Shown here: positions 37,539 to 45,120 of the stretch, in pieces | Layout: each line of letters starts with the position of its first letter | Numbering within the stretch: the stretch's first letter is position 1 | Origin: a virus | Lineage: Duplodnaviria; Caudoviricetes | Strand: one strand, 5' to 3' | IMG/VR virus record: IMGVR_UViG_3300046007_011961 | Location: 1 to 57,255 of that record | Length of the DNA stretch: 57,255 nt | Program-made: the position numbers and the translations under genes | The notes under the pieces: generated by a model | Seen by the model: the letters and a program-made list of their open reading frames with translations, nothing else | Databases searched by the model: none | Told to the model about the DNA's origin: nothing

Positions 37539-38030
37539 TTAAGTCATTAGCAAATTGATTTCCGTAGAAGTCAATCTATCTAATGCTGTGGCAACGCCTG
37601 CAGCATAGCAGAAAGTATCATCTTCTGAACATTCGCTAGATACGCAGATGTATCTACCTGATTTATGCTTGATAACTAGATGCGTATATCCTCCTTTAGG
37701 AAGGAAGATGTACATCGGATCACTACGAAACGTAGACGGTACAACCAAAGCCCTGCTAGCAATATTTCTAGAATTGCGTGGCACATCATACAATGGAAGG
37801 TATAGAGCCCAGCGGAGATGTTTAACTCTCACACTGTTTCCTGCTTCCTGCAGCTGTTGAATGGTGAGACCATTCTTTGCAGCGAACACAGGTTTAACAG
37901 GCTTTGGTCTAGCTTTCCAGGCCCACATCTTATGGTTTAAGTGGTCTGTTTTAATGAACGTGTCGGATACCTCATGGTACTCTGTTGTGTACCTAGACAT
38001 ATCACAATCGTTATTCTGCGCTGTAGTCAT
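37539..38030 (-). CDS. hypothetical protein
   Basis: ATG 38030; KGG.T..CS..D.F motif. Confidence 0.55.
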   Translation of the reverse strand: MTTAQNNDCDMSRYTTEYHEVSDTFIKTDHLNHKMWAWKARPKPVKPVFAAKNGLTIQQLQEAGNSVRVKHLRWALYLPLYDVPRNSRNIASRALVVPSTFRSDPMYIFLPKGGYTHLVIKHKSGRYICVSSECSEDDTFCYAAGVATALDRLTSTEINLLMT

Positions 38031-39228
38031 ATGTTGTCTTGTTTTCAACTTCAACTTCAAGGTCAGACTTTTTCTTGCGTCTGGCTTTATTTGTTTCGGC
38101 GATAGCTGCCTCTACTTCAGGCGGAGGCATGTCAGGGATTCCGAATGCTTCCCTGATTTTTTCTTTAGCTTGTGCACTGCTTTTAATCAGTAATGCTAGA
38201 TCTTGTTCTCTAAACTTCTTCTCTGTATCTATAACACCTTTGATAGGCTCATTCTCAGTTTCTAGGAAAAACTCCATATCTGGAATCTTCCACGTATACC
38301 ATCCACCAGTCTTTGCAACTATAGCAGGGTAATGTTCACCCAACATACGCACTAACGGAGAATACCAATCGATACCTCCATTGATATGTACATCGAATTC
38401 TATCTTCTGACTGTTACCCTCACGCCCTAGTTTATTACGTTTTACAGTCATGGTGTGCGTTGAACCTGACTTGCGTTTAACACCCATATGATCCTCTTCT
38501 AGGTTATCTCTGATACGAGCAACCTTGAATTGGTATGTACTGTTGAAACGTTGAGCGTCACCGCCAAGCAAAGCTTCAGGCTTTTCAGCTCCGAACCCTT
38601 GCATTCCACCAATCTGGTCACGCAGCTGATTGGTGGCAACAAATACCATATTCTCACATTCCAAGTAAGGAATAATGCTACGGTAAAATGCAGCCATCAA
38701 CTTTGCATGCTCGCCAGGTTTTGCCTGACCAATCACGTCCTGATCTCGCTCGTAGTCAGTAGCACCACCAGCAATCGAATCTAGTGCAATAAGCACAGGC
38801 GTTTTTCCGTCGCTGTGTTTGCTATAGTTTTCGATAATCATTTTACATAATGTCAAAGCCTCTTCAATACCTCGAGGATTATGATAAATGACTTTGGTTG
38901 GATCTACTCCCTGCAACTCCATATAACGGAAGTCAGGGGCACTCTCGGTCTCAATCCAGAACATGTACCCTCCAGCTTTCTGGAATATTTTAGCAAGGTC
39001 GAACAGCAATGTAGTTTTGCTGCAGCCCTTCTTCCCGTAAACGAGATAGCACCGACCGTAGGCCATAAACCTACGGTCGAATGCATATTCCATTAGGGGG
39101 TTATCTAGAACAATACCTGTAGGAGGAAGTTCCTTATCCACGGTATTTAGATCTAGATTCACAGCTTCAGTTTTGAACGTTTTGCCAAAACTTTTTTTAA
39201 CTGCACCTAACAGGCCATCTATATTCAT
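38011..39228 (-). CDS. recA: RecA/UvsX-like recombinase
   Basis: Walker A GKKGCSKTT, IETE, LDSI, TNQLRD.IG, GG.A.RF, K.N.K. Confidence 0.88.
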   Translation of the reverse strand: MNIDGLLGAVKKSFGKTFKTEAVNLDLNTVDKELPPTGIVLDNPLMEYAFDRRFMAYGRCYLVYGKKGCSKTTLLFDLAKIFQKAGGYMFWIETESAPDFRYMELQGVDPTKVIYHNPRGIEEALTLCKMIIENYSKHSDGKTPVLIALDSIAGGATDYERDQDVIGQAKPGEHAKLMAAFYRSIIPYLECENMVFVATNQLRDQIGGMQGFGAEKPEALLGGDAQRFNSTYQFKVARIRDNLEEDHMGVKRKSGSTHTMTVKRNKLGREGNSQKIEFDVHINGGIDWYSPLVRMLGEHYPAIVAKTGGWYTWKIPDMEFFLETENEPIKGVIDTEKKFREQDLALLIKSSAQAKEKIREAFGIPDMPPPEVEAAIAETNKARRKKKSDLEVEVENKTTYDYSAE

Positions 39229-39234
39229 ATTTTA

Positions 39235-40263
39235 TTATTCTTGTGACATAAACCGCTGAGCTTCTTCGCGGCTTAACATACCAGCCATCATAGGATTCTT
39301 AGGTAGTGAACTTAGGTCCACTGCGGCTGGAGGGTTAATAGCTGTGGTTGGGGCCGAGATATTAACCTTGGGGATGTCGATAGCCGCTACCGCAACAGGA
39401 GCAACTACAGCTTTAGCAATTTCTTGCTTGGGCTGAATTTCTTTTGCAGGCGGCGACAACCTTTCAGCTAAACTGGCTCCTTGCACAGCAGACTTAGTTA
39501 ACCCAGGAAACCCGTTCATGCAATCATCAAATACATCTGGTGAATACATTTCGCGAAGTTTTGCAAGGATTTCTTCTTTGCTCTTTGGAACAAAGATCTC
39601 ATCCAAGTTATACAGATAGTCGCTGTCTGCCAACTGCAACGGCAGTTGTACAGCTTGATTATTTTCTACCTGTACTGTCCAAGGATTTGCAGAGTTGTCC
39701 TTTAATTTCACAAACACTGGCACACAGCGTTCATGATCATTGACAGGTTGTCTGCGATTACCGTTCAAGTCTTTGCCTTCCAACCAAGTCATTAACGCGT
39801 CTGCACCATTACGGAGAGGCAGGTCAAGCACATGTGCACCAGCTCCTAGATTCTGAGCAAACGCCACATTGTACACTACACGCTCAGCAAGCCTGCCGCA
39901 GTTTGGGTATTTCTTGAACTTTTTACCATTGCTCTCACCATCAACAACCCTCGCATCGTCAGGATACAGGAGCTTGAAGTTGTTTGCAAAGTAGTCTGCT
40001 GGGTCTTGAGCCCGATTAGGTACATAGTATTTTTCTTTGTAGTTGGTGCCAAAATTATCTCGGATAAAGATCTTTTTGTACCATACACCCTGTCCTGCTT
40101 CGTCTGCTTTGTAAGCAGGCAGGAAATAGAGATATGCGCCCTCCTGGTTATTTGTTTTATTAAATATTGCCTTACGTACACCGTCTTTGATGTATGGTGC
40201 AGCTGATGCGGTTAGATTTAGTTCTGAGCCTTCGAATTTAAGAGATGGTTTAATGATTGCCAT
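39235..40263 (-). CDS. putative ssDNA-binding protein
   Basis: YFLPAY pattern, low-complexity C-terminus, position next to RecA; inference. Confidence 0.4.
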   Translation of the reverse strand: MAIIKPSLKFEGSELNLTASAAPYIKDGVRKAIFNKTNNQEGAYLYFLPAYKADEAGQGVWYKKIFIRDNFGTNYKEKYYVPNRAQDPADYFANNFKLLYPDDARVVDGESNGKKFKKYPNCGRLAERVVYNVAFAQNLGAGAHVLDLPLRNGADALMTWLEGKDLNGNRRQPVNDHERCVPVFVKLKDNSANPWTVQVENNQAVQLPLQLADSDYLYNLDEIFVPKSKEEILAKLREMYSPDVFDDCMNGFPGLTKSAVQGASLAERLSPPAKEIQPKQEIAKAVVAPVAVAAIDIPKVNISAPTTAINPPAAVDLSSLPKNPMMAGMLSREEAQRFMSQE

Positions 40264-40326
40264 ATATATGTGTGTTATTTATCTATTTAGTTTTATTTTT
40301 ATTTATCTGTACTGCGATTGTTTAGT

Positions 40327-40920
40327 TTATACCATGAACACTGATTTAAAGGTCTGCTGGCCTCTAAGCTTGTTTAGAAAAGCTTGCACCATCATACCTG
40401 CCACTATTGTGGGGAGAGTATGGCTGATGTTCTGATCTTTCTCGTAGGCTAGCAAGCACCCACCTTCTTCCTGACTACTGTCAACATATGGTTGTAGCTG
40501 CTCTTTGGGCAAATCACTATTGAATAGAGCGCCTTGTCTGCTTGTGCAGCGCCCATCAACCCAAAACAGCTTATTTTTACCTGCGGCCCATCCATAATCA
40601 TAGAGTGCCTTACGGAATGGCATGCTGTCAACACAACTAAAGATCATGTCGTAATTTTTGAAGTCTTTTACGGTCATTCTCTTTTTGATACCATTGACTA
40701 CGTATTTTTCTTCCAGAACACTTACTTTATGCTGCCCTACATCATCAAGCTTAAAGTTCTGGTGTAGTAGATTTTTTAAATCAACCGTATCGTCATCGAA
40801 GATATCTACCTGCATGGCAGCATAGTCGAATTGCTTACGGTTGAACCCGTAATCGAAGAATATAGCCAAGAGGTTTGACCCAATACCTCCGGCTCCGGCA
40901 ATACCAATTTTTTTAAACAT
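40327..40920 (-). CDS. ThiF/E1-like adenylating enzyme
   Basis: GAGGIGS, DDDTVDLKNLLHQNF, K, CVDS..RK, DGR, candidate catalytic Cys in EGGCL. Confidence 0.92.
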   Translation of the reverse strand: MFKKIGIAGAGGIGSNLLAIFFDYGFNRKQFDYAAMQVDIFDDDTVDLKNLLHQNFKLDDVGQHKVSVLEEKYVVNGIKKRMTVKDFKNYDMIFSCVDSMPFRKALYDYGWAAGKNKLFWVDGRCTSRQGALFNSDLPKEQLQPYVDSSQEEGGCLLAYEKDQNISHTLPTIVAGMMVQAFLNKLRGQQTFKSVFMV

Positions 40921-40924
40921 GTTT

Positions 40925-41344
40925 TTATACTTCAGTTAACGCTGCTACTGTTTTTTTAGGGATGTAATATACTGCGGATTGTTCTCCTATCCATTCAGAA
41001 TGGGAGAACATGTTTGTTGTTGGGGCGAATATTATGTTGTACCTGAACCCTTGGAATAGTTTCTCAAGGTCCAGACTACTAGGGCAAGGTGACCATTGCG
41101 GATGTGTATGAAAGCTTGCATAGAACTTCCAGCCATCTCCGACTCTAGTCAACACATTTTCCCTCAATTCTGTTTGATCTGTCTCATAAAGTCCTGCAGC
41201 AGTAGCAGTACCTTCATGAATGTTTTTAACTTTTACAAAACAATATTCATTGTTTTTTGCCAATATGATGCCGCCTTGCTCCTCTATGGGATCTGTACAG
41301 CTTTCGGCTGCCTGCAGCATTATTTTAAATAATTTAGTATTCAT
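40925..41344 (-). CDS. JAB/JAMM (MPN+) metalloprotease
   Basis: EEQGG and HTHPQWSPCPSSLD, an exact HxH-x7-S-x2-D. Confidence 0.9.
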   Translation of the reverse strand: MNTKLFKIMLQAAESCTDPIEEQGGIILAKNNEYCFVKVKNIHEGTATAAGLYETDQTELRENVLTRVGDGWKFYASFHTHPQWSPCPSSLDLEKLFQGFRYNIIFAPTTNMFSHSEWIGEQSAVYYIPKKTVAALTEV

Positions 41345-43497
41345 TTGTTTTCGACTACATCATCAAACACTTTAGTGACAAGCTCTTCTATTTTTTCTGA
41401 AGGGTCACGTTCAGGAACATAGTCGTTATGTACGTTTTCTGCATTGGGTTGAGCCGCACCCCTAAGCGTTCCTATATGTTGCTGCATAGTGCTGTCATTT
41501 TTCAATGCAAGCAATCTAGCAGCAATATCATCATAACCAGCTCCAGCATAATGCCTATCGTTTACAATACAGCGATATTGTTTTGTTGCGAAGTCATATA
41601 CCTTTGCAGTCTCAATAATTACAGCATATTCGCGAAGTGTGCCCTTCACGTGATACGCTTGCTTACCCAGGAACTCAATTATCTTTGCATCAGTTAGTTT
41701 TACTGCTGTGGCCAGGAATTCTTTTGACCTTTCAATTACTTGCCGTTTTTGCTCATTGACTACATCCAGAAGTTTTACAATGTCTCCTCGTGTAATCAAT
41801 ACCTCTGATACCAGCTCTTCAGTTCCATCTTCTTTTTTCTGTACCCGCTGGAATGTAGAACATTCTATCAGAATGTTTACCAACTGCTCAGCACACCATA
41901 TATAGTTTCTAACTCCGTGGGTTTTATAAAACCCTCCAGGAACTAGACCATAATAATTTTTCCCATTAGTCTTTTTGTTTAAGACTTCTACTTTCTTGAT
42001 GAGCTTGCCTAGATGCACTCTAACCAATCTGTCTTTATCTACCTGCAGTTTAAAATGCTTGTGCTGGGAGTCTATACACAGCTTCAGTGCAGGAGCAAGA
42101 GGACCAGGTTCGTAAGTAGCGTATTCGTCCCTGGTGATAGTTGAATGAATCTTCACTGGCAGACCGTTAGCAATGATATCATGATATTTGATACTCATTC
42201 TGCTGATGCTCTTCAAAAACAACTTATAGTCGTCTTCGTTATGATAGCAGCTTGCACGGCTAATCGCTTTAGCTAGCTCATCTTTATTGATACGCACACC
42301 ATTAATATACCTTTGGTATGTTTTTGATATGGACGTATTGATGCTGATGTTATTAATCTTAACAGCAGAAACGACCTTTCTTTCCGCTCCCTCAAGTTCT
42401 ACGTCTTGCTCTGGCGGCTGCTCTACAGGTTCACCCTCGTCAGCAACTGCAGGTGCATCTTGCGGTTGCTCAGGATCAGACTTATTAAGGGTCTTCTCCA
42501 TGTGAGCTGCATATATGTTTGTGATCGTGTATATGTCGAATTCACCATTAAAGTTTAATTCTTGATATAGAACATCCAGTAAATTGTCCGCTTCTATTGA
42601 AATTTGCTCATAGATTGCGCTGCTTTTTGTGAATGAGATGTTGTTGATTGTCGTCTTGTCTATAGAGCCTTCAACCAATTTCCCAACAACAAGAAGAGTA
42701 GTATTCTGCTTATAGTCGGTTTCAATCGCATTTGAGATATGCTCGCTGTACTTTGATTTACTCTTACCATCATTTAGCTTTTTGCTCATCTTGAGACGAG
42801 TCATCTCTGCGGTGTGTACGTTTATGAAACACCCGTGTTGCAACATATCGATCAGTTTTGGCTCTGCACAACACATAGCAAAGATATGTGCTACGTTTAC
42901 ATCGTATGCATTAGCCACCACATGCCTGTATGTTTTTTTAAATCCTACAGTGTGCTCTATAGTATGAAAATAAAATCCTTTGTCCAGATAGTCATACATC
43001 TTATCATCGTTTCTACAAATAACTGAAAATTGAGGACTATTCCAGTCTTTGTACTCAGTTAAAAACCTATATGTATGGTCTCCTTCTGTGAATTCGATAG
43101 GGTCTTGTTCAATTATTTTTGGACGTACAGATTCCGGTGTATTTGAAGGAGTGAATTTTAACGTTTTAAACTGCCTAGCATGATCTGTGGAAATTTCCTT
43201 CAAGATATACTTATTTTCAGCGGTATGGGTGTTAATTTTTTCGTTAAACACAAGCGTATTCATCCCATTATTGTTTAGCAAATTAATGCTCAGGACGATA
43301 GGTCTGTGTTTGTTAAACGCATACATCTTGCCTATGGTTTTAAACTGTAACGCCGAGTAGTTCGCGTAAAAAACCATGTCATAGCCGTTAGCATATTTAT
43401 AGTCTAATTTAATATCTGCGTCAGTGAAGCATTTCGCCAGTAGTTGATATTCTTTGGATATTTCTTTGAATTTAGATGATTTTATGAGCAGCGGCAT
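41341..43497 (-). CDS. 718-aa protein of the ubiquitin-like operon
   Basis: ATGA-coupled to JAB; acidic linker; C-terminal VKG.L.EY.V..YRCIV..D..RLLAL.ND domain. Confidence 0.75.
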   Translation of the reverse strand: MPLLIKSSKFKEISKEYQLLAKCFTDADIKLDYKYANGYDMVFYANYSALQFKTIGKMYAFNKHRPIVLSINLLNNNGMNTLVFNEKINTHTAENKYILKEISTDHARQFKTLKFTPSNTPESVRPKIIEQDPIEFTEGDHTYRFLTEYKDWNSPQFSVICRNDDKMYDYLDKGFYFHTIEHTVGFKKTYRHVVANAYDVNVAHIFAMCCAEPKLIDMLQHGCFINVHTAEMTRLKMSKKLNDGKSKSKYSEHISNAIETDYKQNTTLLVVGKLVEGSIDKTTINNISFTKSSAIYEQISIEADNLLDVLYQELNFNGEFDIYTITNIYAAHMEKTLNKSDPEQPQDAPAVADEGEPVEQPPEQDVELEGAERKVVSAVKINNISINTSISKTYQRYINGVRINKDELAKAISRASCYHNEDDYKLFLKSISRMSIKYHDIIANGLPVKIHSTITRDEYATYEPGPLAPALKLCIDSQHKHFKLQVDKDRLVRVHLGKLIKKVEVLNKKTNGKNYYGLVPGGFYKTHGVRNYIWCAEQLVNILIECSTFQRVQKKEDGTEELVSEVLITRGDIVKLLDVVNEQKRQVIERSKEFLATAVKLTDAKIIEFLGKQAYHVKGTLREYAVIIETAKVYDFATKQYRCIVNDRHYAGAGYDDIAARLLALKNDSTMQQHIGTLRGAAQPNAENVHNDYVPERDPSEKIEELVTKVFDDVVENK

Positions 43498-43518
43498 AGC
43501 TTAATAGATTTTAGTAGG

Positions 43519-43555
43519 TAAAATAAACCCTCTGGCGCGCAAGGCACCAGAGGGT
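43519..43555 (-). terminator. intrinsic terminator/attenuator after the Ubl gene
   Basis: Minus strand accctctgg..ccagagggt stem followed by TTATTTT. Confidence 0.7.
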
Positions 43556-43585
43556 GTAATAATTCAGGATGTCAGTAATAAAGTA

Positions 43586-43954
43586 CTATTCAATATCGAA
43601 CAGTACTGCTTGTCCGCCAACAAGCATACCTGTCAAAAGAATGGCAGGATCGAATTGGGCTTGAAGCTTGGTTTGAAGCTTCTGTACGTTTTCTTGTGCT
43701 CGGAAATTACCTCCAGCGAATTCAAATTTTTCGCCGTTGATAAATACCCACCGAGCTTTTGCCTCCGCATTTTCAATGATTTTTTCGGTAGCTTCCTCGA
43801 GACTGAGGTCCATGACAGTGCTGTGGCCAGTACGGTCAGCGATTTCAATCTTATACTTTGGAGTAGCAGCCAGCTCTGCTGTAAAGCTCTGGATGTTTTT
43901 GAGTGCTTCTGCGAGGTCTGCGGTTCCGACGGAGGAGTTATTTGATTCTGACAT
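43586..43954 (-). CDS. ubiquitin-like (beta-grasp) protein precursor
   Basis: Strand-turn-strand YKIEIAD-RTGH-STVMDL, helix, WVFING, final strand ILLTGMLVGG, then QAVLFDIE; next to JAB and E1. Confidence 0.75.
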   Translation of the reverse strand: MSESNNSSVGTADLAEALKNIQSFTAELAATPKYKIEIADRTGHSTVMDLSLEEATEKIIENAEAKARWVFINGEKFEFAGGNFRAQENVQKLQTKLQAQFDPAILLTGMLVGGQAVLFDIE

Positions 43955-44050
43955 ATAATTATTATTTTTTAACTGATTACTTTGGTTTGTGACTATTATA
44001 ACTCGGAATGAGCTATAGGTCGATTAATTTTGTTCTGGGGAGAACGTTAC

Positions 44051-44338
44051 TTACTTACAGGATGAGGTACGGCAATTACGTTTTGGGCGAATGCCATACA
44101 TGCGGCACATAGCGTTAAAGTCTGTGCTAGGCACCAAGCGGCGATGTTGGCTGTTTTTGCCGTGTGTGATACGGCGGATTACTGGAGCTTCTTCAAGCAG
44201 GTTAAGAAAACCTGATCCGTAGGTTTTCACAAGATCACTCACAAAGAAGTACTTGCGGCGCTCAAGATGTACGCAGCGGCTACCGTTGTTGTCGTGATAT
44301 ACTGTTGTTTTATTTGTTTTGGTTTTATTCTTAGTCAT
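44051..44338 (-). CDS. small basic protein
   Basis: 95-aa Arg/Lys-rich ORF. Confidence 0.55.
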   Translation of the reverse strand: MTKNKTKTNKTTVYHDNNGSRCVHLERRKYFFVSDLVKTYGSGFLNLLEEAPVIRRITHGKNSQHRRLVPSTDFNAMCRMYGIRPKRNCRTSSCK

Positions 44339-44367
44339 ATTTGTACTAGTTCACTGAGTTGTATACA

Positions 44368-45120
44368 TTACCTATGGATAGGGAATTGTATGTGTCTGAT
44401 CTCGCCGGATTTTAATGTCCGGTCAATGCAAGCTCGGCATCTTGAGCATGCGCCCTGTTTATTTAAGGTTTTAGTCTTCCCTGTTACTTCAGGACAAACC
44501 AGTAATGGTCTATCCTTAGGAAACTCAGGAGGAACTTCATTACCCATCCAAGCAACAGATATGTTTGAATGGTTTTTAAAGACTTTGTATGTTTTAAGTA
44601 CATCGTCCTTATTGTCAACGTCGCAGCTTAATAGAAGCGTGAGATTTTTTAATCCAGCTAATATGGGTACTGCGAAGAGGCTTCGGGTATACACCCAAAA
44701 GTGTATATACTGATGAGCATCTATAACCGTTCGCCAAGCATTAGCGTAGTTCTCGTTGAAGAATTCTCCGCCAGTGTGTATGCGGAAAAATGGCTGCATT
44801 CTACCAGTATCGTAATACCATTTTTTGATACTATTACTGATAACCTCCACCTGCTCTTCTATAGGTTTTTCCCACACAAGGTCTTTGTTATAGTCCTCGT
44901 TAGCTCTATAGTGTTTATATATCCTACGAAGCGTAGCATCGTAGCATACTTTTAAACAGGCTTCTGTAGCATGTACACAAGTACCGCCATCTTCCACACG
45001 GCCTTGAGATATACTGAACGTGTTATTATGTGCGTCGAAAAATCTGACTTTACTATTGTTAGTCAGTTTAAAGCTTAAACATTTATCCATATCAAGCTTT
45101 CCACTCCCAGGTGTTTTCAT
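44368..45120 (-). CDS. GP88-like (radical-SAM-related) protein
   Basis: NSK, TC..A...C...CY, FRIH.GGEF, W.YTRS, C-terminal CP..C..C..C. Confidence 0.75.
   Translation of the reverse strand: MKTPGSGKLDMDKCLSFKLTNNSKVRFFDAHNNTFSISQGRVEDGGTCVHATEACLKVCYDATLRRIYKHYRANEDYNKDLVWEKPIEEQVEVISNSIKKWYYDTGRMQPFFRIHTGGEFFNENYANAWRTVIDAHQYIHFWVYTRSLFAVPILAGLKNLTLLLSCDVDNKDDVLKTYKVFKNHSNISVAWMGNEVPPEFPKDRPLLVCPEVTGKTKTLNKQGACSRCRACIDRTLKSGEIRHIQFPIHR

Noticed and set aside
40327-40920. ThiF as a thiamine or molybdopterin biosynthesis gene
   Set aside because: It lacks the two CxxC Zn motifs of ThiF/MoeB and no thi or moa genes are in the window
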